DNA of 64,000 nt, taken from Ginglymostoma cirratum (taxonomy: Eukaryota). Under the pieces are notes generated by a model that made no database searches, was not told the DNA's origin, and worked only from the letters and a program-made list of their open reading frames with translations. Both the position numbers and the translations under genes were made by a program. The first letter of the stretch is position 1; each line of letters begins with the position of its first letter. The stretch is taken from NCBI GenBank assembly GCA_024137785.1, contig JAHRHZ010000102.1:132901-196900 (forward strand). The letters run 5' to 3'. Shown here piece by piece: positions 11,778 through 22,955 of this stretch.

Positions 11778-14320
11778 TCCATTCATATCAGCTCGACATA
11801 AAAGGGAGATGGCATCAGGACCACAGCTTCTAAGTTGTGCCAGGGGGAAATGGAACTGACAGTGTGTTTGAAGTGGGAATTACCCTTCACTGAACTTTGT
11901 TCCTTACTCTATTTGTGGGACGGCGATGTTTCAGAATCTCCACACGGGTTGTACCTGTTCTCTCTGGCTCGTACCAGGCTTATCTCCACATGCAGGGGCA
12001 GGGGTGGACAGAAGAGATGTCGGGCACTCTAACACCCGGCTTGGCTCTTTCCGTCCTATTCCAGGCTGTTTCTCCTGGAGTAAGAGAAAGGGAGGGAGGG
12101 AGTGAGGGTGAAAGTGGTTGATCCTGCTGTTCGTGATGGTGTAGGTTGGGGGGCGGGTAGGATGTGAGGTGGCTGGAGTGAGCCAGTCAACAGTGTTCAA
12201 TCTATGCAGTGTTTTCAGTGTAGGGGAGCAGTGGAGGCTTGACAGAAAGGGAGACAGACTGAGAAAGAGAGGGAGCAGAGAGAATACGGTGAAACTTATC
12301 CTGGCAGGGTGGGAAAGGTTACTGATCCTTGTACTGTACTGCTGGACATTTCTTCAGACTGCAGATACTGCACTGAGCTGGGTGGTGAGCTCAGACATTG
12401 CACGATGGGTCTGGTGGTGTGGACTACTCTGAGAAGAGAATGGTCCTTCTATGTACTGGCCCATCTATCAGGACCTCCGTGCCCTTTTCGACAAATCTTG
12501 GTGCAATTGCCCCTTATCTGCCAGGCCCGGGGTAAACTGTGCAGGGCGGCTCCGAACTGACAAAGGTCAAATGTCTGCCCATTGGCCTTTTAAAGACTGC
12601 ACCTCTGCCAGGAATCATGGATTACCCGGGCCATCCAGGCAATGAGAACTATTACCAGCCATGATGGGTGGGAGAATCAGGCTGGCATTGAATGAAAGGA
12701 ATGTCATGTGCTGGGGTAGGTAGATCATGAGGGGAGTTTGATAAGATAACACCAGAAAACTAGCTTGGCCACCTGCAGACTATCCCTCTGTCACACTCAA
12801 TTAAAATGTCACTGGGACAAGTTATTGTTAGATTCAGCCCAGTGAGTCAAAGACTGTGCTCACCACACTCTCAGTCACAAATGCAGAGCAAATACTCATT
12901 CAGAACTCCCCATAATCTGAACTCACAGCAATATCCTATTCATGCATCATTCCTGAAAAACTGACCCATGTTGCAAGATGCTATCAAAATGTCTACATTT
13001 CAGCATTCTAAAACTTGTGATCATATCCTTCCATGACACTGTCTCTCAATCTCGCCTTTCTGAATATTTGTTGGTATCTAAACTGATTCCCCACCATTTC
13101 TCTCTGGCAGTGATTTTCACATCCATGGCACCCCTTGTCATGGCACATTGGAGATATGGAGCTGCAAATGGATGGGAGCCCCACATCCTGTCACTTCCAG
13201 CATGAGCTGCAAGTTTCCCCAGGCTGGGCAGCGATTTAACTCAGCATTACCGAGCACAGCACTGGGGTGGTCTGTACAGATCTGTAGGCTGCCAGGGTGA
13301 CTGCTCCGGGTTTACAGATCAGTTCAATGGAGCTCTCTTCGCAGTCCCCCGTGCTGGAAAGATATCGCGTCCGCATTTATAAATCAATGCATTGGTGTGG
13401 TCTGCACAGCTCTCTGTGCTGGACTGATGTCTCGTTAATGGTGATTGTTGCACACTGTCCAACTCTGGACAGATTGCCGGTTTGTATTGAGTAGTACACC
13501 GCCCTGGTCTGCACAATGGTTCATCCTGAACTGGTATTTCATCTGAATTTGTGGTCTCTGGGCTGGTTCTGTGAGATGGATTGAGAATGTAAGATAACTC
13601 ACCATTTCAGCTGATCTGGCAATGTCTTTAATTTGTATTTGTGTGGTGAGTTGAGTTTGGGGAGAGATTTCCACCGGGAGGCTGATTGGGTCTCAGCAAA
13701 ACTGATGGACAGAAGGCCCTTTGTGATGTGGATCTTCATGACTCCAGCACATTCTGTAACCGACATTATTTATGAACAGTTGGATGTCATTTAATTGAAC
13801 AAAAGATAAGATCCCAAGGGAAAGACCCCGTTAACTGCAGAAGGAGACACTGTTTCAAAATGGTTTCAGGCAGTTAAAGGGCTGAATACATTTTCCCTGT
13901 GTTCATGTTTCTTCACAAGCGAAAATTGACCATAATTTAGACTAAAAGACAGAAATTTCCAAGGAACCTATCTTTAAGGTCTTCAAGGAACTGAATCCTT
14001 CATTTTGGCAACCTTTTCACCCTCCATATGAGAAACTGTACAGAAGTGACCTTTGTCTGGTCTCGAGTGATCGAGTGTGTGGGAATGTTCGAGAAACCAT
14101 CTGTTCTTTTAGATGTGCGTTTGTGTCTTTAGGGAGAGTTTGTTCTGTTTTACGTTACGTTTTTTGTAAAAAAAATTGAGACATTACTATTTGTTATTTC
14201 AGTTTCATTTGTTTTTCAATAAATCAGTGATACATTTGAAAATGTCACTGGGTCCTCAATCAAACTGGTAACTTTAGCTCCAAGCTGATGTAAAGTTTGT
14301 TTTGTTTTCCTTCTTCACAG

Positions 14321-15228
14321 TTAACGTAGTGACGATCTACGTCCTGCTTTGTAAAGATTGTGGATTGTCTCCATGTGTCAGACGTTACCTGGGGGCCATG
14401 GCAGTGGCGGATCTACTGGTCATTATCCTCGATCTGATATGGAGACACATTCCCATTGTTTATAAGGAACAGTTTTATTTTCTGAAGTCCATCCCCGTGT
14501 GTAATATCCACGCCGTCCTGCTTTATGCAGCCACTGACTGTTCTGTCTGGTTCACCGTCACTTTCACCTTTGATCGATTTGTGGCCATTTGTTGCCAGAA
14601 GCTGAAAAGTAAATATTGCAGTGAGAAAACGGCGGCTGTGGTTCTGGGAACAGTGACTGTGCTGAGCTGTTTAAAGAACATTTTCTGGTATTTTATGCTC
14701 ACAACTCGCTATTTGATGAGGAATGCCCCCTGGTCTTGTGCTCTAACAGACGATGTTGCATTATCTCGTGTCTGGGTCACAATCGAGTTCCTCCACCACA
14801 TTCTAACACCGGCTCTTCCATTTCTCCTGATTCTGCTGCTCAATGTTTTCACCGTCAGACACATTTTAGTGACCAGCAAAGCCCGCAGGAGACTCCGGGC
14901 TCACACGAACGGGAAAGGTCAGTGTGACGCAGAAATGCAAAATCGGAAAAAATCCATCATTTTACTGTTTGTGATCTCAGCCAATTTCATCCTGTTATGG
15001 TCAACGTTAATGGTGTATTCTATATGGGCCCGGATATTTGATTTAGGCTTTCAGTCTATGTACGTAGATCTCTTTGTGCAGGAATTGGGCTTCATGCTGC
15101 AGCTCCTCAGTTGCTGCACAAACACCGCGATTTATGCCGTAACCCAGACTAAGTTCAGACAGCAGCTGAAGAATGTGCTGAAATATCCCTTTACCCAAAT
15201 TCATCAATCAATCAGATTCACTCGTTAA
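14321..15228 (+). CDS. Terminal coding exon (end of TM1 to C-terminus) of a class A GPCR, GPR139/GPR142-like family; first exon not located
   Basis: Open frame with hydrophobic helices and family motifs YLGAMAVADLLVII (TM2), CSVWFTVTFTFDRFVAIC (DRF, TM3), SANFILLW (TM6), LQLLSCCTNTAIYAVTQTKFR (TM7). Splice acceptor ttttccttcttcacAG ends at 14320 (phase 1, G|TT AAC = V-N). Stop TAA ends at 15228. Confidence 0.9.
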
Positions 15229-15429
15229 TCAATCCATCCATGGTTTTCTCATTTCTGTTCGTTGTTTGAAGCAATGAAGCAGCCTGTCGCTCTGGTAACA
15301 GACTGAGGATAATGCTCGTTTATACAACCTTATTCCACAGGGGGTTCCAGGGATACATTTCAACGTTTCTCTTAAATCACAGGAGAGTGAGAAATGGCAC
15401 CTGACTGTCTATAATGTCACTTTGTAATG

Positions 15430-15435
15430 AATAAA
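15430..15435 (+). promoter_or_regulatory. Candidate polyadenylation signal of the GPCR gene
   Basis: AATAAA about 200 nt after the stop codon. Confidence 0.5.
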
Positions 15436-15589
15436 AAGTTCATTAAAAATGCCAAGCAGCAGAAGGAAAACTATACCGTTATTTGTCTTTGTGTTGAAGA
15501 AGCTGAGCTGGAGAGATACAGACTTGGCCCCAGGTCGTGGTCCTCAGGGAAAGGGAAGGAATCTGGGCCAGGCTGAGGAGTTGGGTTTA

Positions 15590-16430
15590 AGTCACTCTAT
15601 CCTTCCGTTCACTTCTGGTATCTCTCTCTCTCTCTCTCTCTGTATCCCTCTGTCTCTCCTCTCTGTCCCTCTTCACACTGTCTCTTCCCCGCTCCCACTC
15701 TGTCCCCCTCTGTTTCCCCAGTCTCTCTGCCTCTATCTCAAACCTCTCTGTCTCTCTTTCTACACCCCTCTCTCCAAAGCCGTCCTTCCCTCTCTCTGCA
15801 TCCTCTCTCTCTCTCCCCCACAAATGCCCGTGCCTCTCCTTCTTTCTCCCTCTGCCCACGTCAGTCCTGAACCCCCTTTCTCTATCCCTGCCTCTTTTGC
15901 CATCTCTCCCTAATCCCCGTCACACTCTCTCGCTCTCTCTCTTTTCCCCTCCCTCTCTCGCCATCCTCCTCTATATCTCTCTCCATTCCCCTCTCTCTCA
16001 GTCTCATCACTTTCTCCATTATCCCCTCTCTACTCTTCTGTCCCCCTCCTCTCTCCCCTTACTCCTCGCGCTCTCTTTCCCTCTATGGGCCCTGTCTTTC
16101 TCCCTCTCCCCTTTCCCCCTCTGTTCCCTCATATCTCTCACTCTCTCTTCCCGCTCTCAACACACTTCAGTCTGTCTCCCCCACTGCCGCTCTCTGTATC
16201 TCTTCCCGCACTCCCAGTCTCATTCTCTCCCATTTGCCCCATCTCTATCTCTCTCTCCATGAACTACACACACTCTCTCTCTGCTCCACCGCCTCTCTCT
16301 TGTCCTCCTCTCTCCCTGTGATTCCCCACTTCTCTCTCTCTATCTCTTGCTCTATCTCTGGCCTTGTCTCTCTGTTGCACTTATTCTACCTCCAAATGTC
16401 CCTCTTCACCACTTCCCTCACACTCTCAAC
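15590..16430. repeat. CT-rich polypyrimidine low-complexity tract
   Basis: ~840 bp dominated by ctct/cccc runs. Confidence 0.9.
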
Positions 16431-16432
16431 AT

Positions 16433-19400
16433 CTGGGATAGGTGCACATGTCATTACTACGAGAACAAATTGAGGATGGGTTCATAGGCAATTGCAAGGA
16501 GAACAGAGTCAGGATGGGTTCACAGGCCATTGCTAGTGAAAAGAGTAAGGAAGACTTCACAGGTCTTTGCTAGGGCAAAAGAGTGGGGATGGGTTCGCAG
16601 GCAGTTGCGAGAAGAACCAGTGAGGATAGGGTCACAATCCATTCCTTGCAGAACAGCGTGGGAATGGGTTAACAGCCTGTTGCTATGAGAAAAAATTGGG
16701 GATACATTCAAAGGTCATTGCTGTGTGTATAGAGTGGAGATGGGTTCACAGACCTTTGCTAGGGCACAGAGTGGGGATGCATTCACAGTTCAGTTCCAGG
16801 GAGCAGATTGAGGAAGCAATTGCAAGTATTTTCTAGGGGGTCAGTATGAGGATGGGTTCACAGGGTGTTGCTAGGGAATAGAGTGGGGATGTGTTCACAG
16901 GTTTCTGCTTGGCTAAGAGAATGAGGATTAATTAATAAGTTGTTGCTAGGGGAACAGATTGCGGATGGGTTCGCAGGCCATTCATGGAGGAAGAGTGTGG
17001 GAGTATGTCAACAGGCTGTTGCTAGGGAAAAAGAGTGGGGATGGTTTGGTAGGCTGTTCCTCTGAACACAGATTGAAGATGGGTTTATAGGCCATTACAA
17101 AGGGAAACTGACTATGAATGCGTTTACAGACGATTGATAGGGGAATATATCAAGGAAGGGTTCACAGGCCATTGCCAGAGCAACAGAGTGAGGATTGTTT
17201 CACAGGCCATTGCAAGGATAAGAGAGTGGGTATGGTCGACCAGTTCGTTACTAGGGAAGCTGAGGAAGGATGGGTTCACAGACTGTTGCGACGGTCAAAC
17301 ATTGGAGACGCATTCAGAGATCGTTGCGAGGGCAACAGAGGAAGGATGAGTCCACAAGCCATCGATAGGAGAACAGATTGGGGATTGTGAAGAGGCTGTT
17401 GCTTGGAATACAGAGTGGCGATAGGTTCACATGACATTGTTAGGGGAATAGAGTGAGGATGGATTAACGGGCCATTGCTAGGAGAACTAAGGAAGGATGG
17501 GCTCACAGACTATTGCGAGAATACAATGGAGACGTGTTGACAGGCCGTTGCTCGGATGACACAGTGGGGATAGATTCACAGCAAATGTTACGGGTACAGA
17601 GTGGGAACTTGTTCACACGCTTTTGCTATTTGAAAAGAGTGGGGACCGGTTCACAGGCTGTTGATAGGAGAACAGAGAGGGGATGAATTCACAGGCAGTT
17701 GCCAGAGGAACAGAGTAGGTACGAGTTCGCAAGCTGTTGCTAGGAGATTAGAGTGGGGATCGGTTCACAGGCCTTTGCTAAGAAATCAGAGCAGGGATGG
17801 GTTTACACTTCATTAGTAGGGGGAAAGATTGGGGATGAGTTCACAGGCTATTTTGAGAAGTTCAGTGTGGGTGTGGGTTCACAGGCCACTGCACGGGCAC
17901 ATACTAGGGAAGGGTTCTCTGGCCTGTGCTAACGCAACAGAGTGGGGGTGGGTTCACAGGCAGTTCTAAAGTAGAACAGTGTGGGAATGTGTTAACAGTG
18001 TGTTTTCTACGGGAACAGTTTCAGGGTGGGTTCGCATGTCATTTCTAGGAGAACAGAGTGAGGATGGGTTTCTCGGCCATGACTAGAGTAACATGTTTAG
18101 GATGGGACCATATGCCATTGCAAGGAGAACACAGTGGGAATAGGTGAACGAATTGTTGCTAGGGGGACAAAGTAAGAATGGGCAAAATTGTTAGGATGGT
18201 TTCACAGGCCATCACTAAGAGAACAGAGTTTGGATAGGTTCACAGGCCATTGCTCGAGGAACAGACTGAGGATGGGATCAAAGGCTATTGCAATAAGAAC
18301 AAATTGGGGTTGGTATCCCAGATCACTGCTAGAAGAACAGAGTGGGATTGGGTTCACAGCCTGGTGCTAGGGGAACAGTGTGAGGACTGGTTAACAGGCC
18401 GTTGCAGGTGAACAGAGTGGTGATAGTGTTACGCATCATTGCAAGGTGAACAGATTGGGGATGGAATCACGGGCTGTTGCTCGGTGAACGAGTAGGTATG
18501 GCTTCACAGGTGGGGAACAACTTAAAGAAGGGTTCCTAAGCCTTTTCTAGGGGATCCGATGGGGGACGGGTTCACAGGCAGTTGCTAGGGAAACAGATTG
18601 GGGATATTTTCTCACACAATTACTAGAGGAACAGACTAAGGAAGGGATAACAGGCCTTTGCTGGGGGAAAAGAGTAAGGATGAGCTGACAAGCCGCTACT
18701 AGGGGACAGAGTGGGGATACATTTTATTTCTTTATTCATCCACGTGATGCATGTATCGCTGGTGAGGAAGAATTTATTGCCCATATCTAATTACCCAGAG
18801 GACAGTTCAGGGTCAACCACATTGCTGTGGGTCCGAAGTCACATGTAGGCCAGACTAGGTAAGGATGGTAGTTTTCTTCCCTAAAGGATGTGAGTGAACC
18901 AGATGGGTATTTCCCCAACAATCGACAATGGATTCATTGTCATCATTAGACTCTTAATTCCAGATATTTATTAAATTCAAATTCCACCATCTGCCATGAT
19001 GGGATTTGAATCCAAGACCCCAACACATTATCTGGGTCTCTAGATCAGCAGTCCAATGATAATACAATTAGGCAATCGCCTCTCCATGCAGGTTGTTCAC
19101 AGGCCGTTACTAACAGAACAGAGTAAGGGTTGGTTCACAGGTCGTTGATGTATGAACAGAGTAGCGAAGGATTCACAGGCCATTGTTAGGCAAAGAGAGT
19201 AGAGCTTGGTTCACTGGCCATTATTAAGAGAACAGAGGAACGATAAGTTCACACATAGTCACTATGAGAACATTTTGGGAATGTATGACTGGCTGTTGCT
19301 TAGGATATACTGGTGGTGTTGTCACAAGCAGTTGCTATGAAAACAAATTGTGACTGGCTACAAGCCTGTTGATCGGGGATGAGAGTGGGGATGGGATTAC

Positions 19401-19555
19401 ATGCCATTGATAGGAGAACAGAGGAAGGATGTGTTCACAGGCTGTTGCTAACAGAACAGTGGAGATGTATTAACAGGCCATTGCTAGGTTGACTGTGTGG
19501 ATCAGGTTCTCAGGCTTTTGCTATTGGAGAAGAGACAGAAAGGGTAAACTTGCTG
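16433..19555 (+). repeat. Diverged minisatellite, 38-39 bp unit, roughly 70 copies, consensus ~GGAGAACAGAGTGGGGATGGGTTCACAGGCCATTGCTA
   Basis: Recurrent gaacagagtg / gatgggttcacaggcc / ttgctag with ~38-39 nt periodicity; interrupted by a SINE. Confidence 0.9.
18722..19088 (-). mobile_element. tRNA-derived SINE inserted in the minisatellite
   Basis: Reverse complement of the 7465-7816 family (ttattgcccat..., aattcaaattccaccatctgccatgatgggatttgaa). Confidence 0.85.
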
Positions 19556-20125
19556 TTTATTCATCGAAGTATAGATTACAAGAGTTATAGTGGTCTTTGA
19601 TTAGGTGACAGAAGGAATATTATGTTTAGTTCTGGGTACCACATTACCGGAAGGATGCGATTGCACTGGAGGGGATGCTGTGGAGATTCATATGTTGTGG
19701 AGCTTATCAGCTATGAAGAGGGGCTGGGTAAACTCGGGTTGTTTGCTTTTGAACAGAGAAGTCTGAGGAGGATGTGACTCAGAAGTATAAGATTATGAGG
19801 GGCATGGACATAGTGGACAGACAGCAGCTGTTCCTTTTAGTAAAAGGGATAATCACAAGGCAGTACATTTTTAAAGTGAAGGTTTTGAGGTTAAGATAGG
19901 ATTGAAGATTGTTTTTAACCGAGAAGTCATTGGGGTGGTCTGGAATGCACTTCCTGAGGGGGTAGTTGTCACAGGTAACCTCAAAACCATTAAAACGTAC
20001 TTGGACAAGCACTTCAAGTGTCACCACATTCTCGGCTAAAGGCGCCGTGTAGGAAAATGGGCTCAATGAAAGATCATACCGTATTTCTGACGGTATAGAG
20101 TCGATGTTTCTGTGATTGTATGACC
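19556..20125 (+). mobile_element. CR1 LINE 3' fragment
   Basis: Homologous to 3700-4270. Confidence 0.8.
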
Positions 20126-20744
20126 AATCATTGAGCAGCTTAAGACAGGAATTGATGGATTTCTGAAGAGTATATTAACAAGTGTTATAAGAGTAAACTG
20201 TTATACCTTCTAAATTTATGCCAATGGGAAAGGTAAGGGAAAAGAAATGCAGCTTAGTTCGAGGAGCTCCACAGTCTCGAAAAAGCTGCGTTTCCCTTCT
20301 GATCAACAATGCGGGTGTGCCGGCACAGGCGCGATTGCAGCGGATCGAGAAGGCAGCTCATCAGCTCCCTTCTACAGGACAGAAATGAAGGAAATAAGAG
20401 AAACTTAACAAACTTTCATAATTGCAGTTACCCTCCTTTTCGCCACAACAGCAAATAACTGCGATTCGAATTCAAGCAGGATTTGATTTCACAGCAGCAG
20501 TGGCATAACAGTCTCCATTCGCTTTCAGTGGAAAGCGTGAACAACGTAAGTTGCCTGGAACTTGAAGCAGCAGTGCAACCTGCTTGTGCCCGAAATCATG
20601 TGGGGCCATTGCATGCCACAGCATCATGGAAACACAGTTTGGACGCTGACCCATTGGAGGATTTGTGCTGTCCGACATCATATATCAGTTTGCGAACAGC
20701 AACACATTTTGTTGCGTTCAACTTAAACGTAGATCCTCCCCACC

Positions 20745-20816
20745 GTGCTTCTACACAACCCATGCCTCCTAAGAGACTGGAACCTCAATCCTGCACCTCA
20801 GACCACAACGATCCAT
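20745..20816 (-). pseudogene. tRNA-Leu-derived remnant
   Basis: Minus strand gtggtctgaggtgcaggattgaggttccagtctcttaggaggcatgggtt matches the Leu(AAG/TAG) anticodon and variable arm. Confidence 0.6.
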
Positions 20817-21889
20817 TTGCTCAGATATGACATTTTCCGATGTTGCTACTGCAACACAACAACAGCGGAGGCACAGGGAAAGGCTTCGAGGATCCTTATC
20901 TCTGTCGTACATTTTCTGAGCTATGCGGGTAAGCCCGGTTACAATATCAATTTCCCACCAGATGCCGATAGCCCATCCATCAAAACAAACATCAATGCAA
21001 AGCTGAATCTACCTCGTGAGACTCGGTCGAGCAAAAAATATAATGCATCTTTGAGAAACTGTCTTCGGTTATGCTTCGATAAAGAAAGTATGAACTGCAC
21101 GAAATTTCTGGAACATAGATTTTCACTTTGGAGAATGATTTCGCTCATTGTTCGAAGCAGAACAGCTGTCGCGTTTATAAGTATTATTAATAAATAAAGA
21201 AAATAAAGCCCTTTCCTCACAGTTTGAACATGTGTTAAAATATGCACCATTCCAACGGCTTGCAATGTGCACAAGACTGGGAAGAGTAGAAGAAGATAGT
21301 GGGCACTGGGCACATTCTTTTTGTAACTCATATATTGGAGAAACAGGAAGATCAGCACCTTCTGTTATTTGTACTGCCATCTGTAAGCTTATGACTTTCT
21401 GTCTTACATTCCCACTCTTTGCTTTCCAGTTAAAGCTTGGATTCACCATCAGTCTGTATTTACACCAAGCAGCTAACTAATATGATAACTCTAGAGGCAG
21501 AGGGATGTCGAGTTAAGTTCGGGACAGAAGCAGGCAGCGAATCAGAGAGTGGGTAAATTGATATCAAGTATGACAACCAGAAAAAAAAATTATAACGGAT
21601 AATCTTGACGCATTGAATAAGATGCAGGAGCCAAAATAAATCACATGGTCCATTCTATCTGCTACCCCATTCCACGAGATCATGGATAATCTGATTAATC
21701 CGGAGACACGACTTGCATGCCTGGTCCACTTAATCCTTCATATCCTAAATAAGTAAAAATGTCTACTTGAGCTTTGATTATACTTATCGACCCAGCCTAA
21801 CTCTGTAGTGAAGAATTCCACAGATTCATCGCCTCTGAGAGAAAATGAATCCTCCTAGTCTCTGTCCTAAGTGGGTGACTCCTCAGAAC

Positions 21890-22033
21890 TGTTTCTTCAG
21901 AATTCTGAAGAAGGGTCTAGGCCTGAAACATCAGCCTTCCTGCTCCTCTGATGCTGCTTGGCCTGCTGGGTTCATCCAGCTCTATACCTTGTTATCTCAG
22001 ATTCTCCAGCATCTGCAGTTCCTACTATCTCTG
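21890..22033 (+). mobile_element. Penelope-like pLTR fragment with hammerhead-like motif
   Basis: ttCTGAAGAagggtctaggcctGAAAcatc preceded by the inverted ttcttcagaa; pLTR body follows. Confidence 0.75.
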
Positions 22034-22873
22034 ATGTGAAATCATGTTGAACAATCTGCAAGAATTCAGAATTATGTCCCTGATGCTCTCGTGTTTTCGT
22101 CTCGATACAACACGGTCCCCGGTCATGGAATAATGCCTTGTTTATTTTGTGCATATTCTCTGAAGGAAGGTGACTTTCAAAGCGTTTGAAAACTAAATGG
22201 TCACATTAGTTCTGGCAGAATCATTGGAGTGAGAGTTCAACTTTCACATCAGAGCTAGAGATCCCAGTCAGACATCAGATTGAGGAACAACACGGAAAAG
22301 AGGCTTTGGAGTTAAAGAGGAGGAAAAGCGAGGGACATGAAATCTTGGAAAACAGCACATGGGATCTGTCTCAAGAGTTGGAGCTCGAAGGCTCATAGTG
22401 GGTGCTAACTGGTCAGAATCTGCTGCCTGCAAGTTAAATCGTCCTGTTTTAACAATTACAACTCGCTTCAATTCGAAACTTTCATGAATGTTGCTGTCCC
22501 AAAATGATTCAATCATTCGCAAAATGGGAAACGCCCTTGGCTGGTGGGTTATTGTCACTCCTCAGAACTTTGTCGCACTCAGTGGATATATGTGAGTGCC
22601 TCTCTGTCGGTATCAAGTGGAGGAGAATTGAAATGTTGACTGAACAGCTACTTCAGTCAGTGTCGAGCCAGTTGGTCAGATTGATCCAAGTGCAACAAAT
22701 CGCTCCCCACCATCTTCTCAGGGGCAACTGGGAAGTTGCAATAAATGATGAAGTACTCACAGTCATGGGAAGAATTTAAAAGAAATGAGAAGCTCGAAGT
22801 TTCTTCAGATTGATTAATATTCTAATTCACTAAAAACACTAGTCATGACGATTTTGGCGCCTCAGCTTCGTTT

Positions 22874-22955
22874 TGTAGAGTGGCCGGTTGGTCTATGGCC
22901 CTGGATTTAAGTGCCAGTCTCTGTTGAATCGAGGGCTCGAAACCCACTGCTGTTA
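22874..22955 (+). pseudogene. tRNA-Leu(TAG-type) pseudogene, anticodon now reads TAA
   Basis: gtagagtggccggttggtctatggccctggatttaagtgccagtctct...gggctcgaaacccactgctgtta aligns over full length to vertebrate tRNA-Leu. Confidence 0.8.

Noticed and set aside
12291-12310. Similarity to the U1 snRNA 5' end (acttatcctggcaggg), also at ~1013
   Set aside because: Match is under 20 nt and no U1 stem-loops or Sm site follow
14302-14320. TTG start for a single-exon 308 aa GPCR
   Set aside because: This stretch is the intron polypyrimidine tract and acceptor; TM1 and the N-terminus are missing
15449-16473. Several Leu/Ser/Pro-rich ORFs
   Set aside because: Artefacts of the CT-rich tract
16433-19555. 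CRISPR-like periodic array
   Set aside because: Contiguous degenerate tandem units with no unique spacers, no cas genes, and a vertebrate context; it is a minisatellite
20745-21449. Overlapping 108-150 aa ORFs
   Set aside because: They lie in a duplicated tRNA spacer module, have no recognisable domain, and the frame is not preserved over full length in the paralog at 50600-51070
22874-22955. Functional anticodon-shifted tRNAs (Leu body with TAA; Asn-ATT at 48449; Pro body with CAG at 59722)
   Set aside because: Changes coincide with many stem and T-loop mutations, so neutral decay is the simpler explanation
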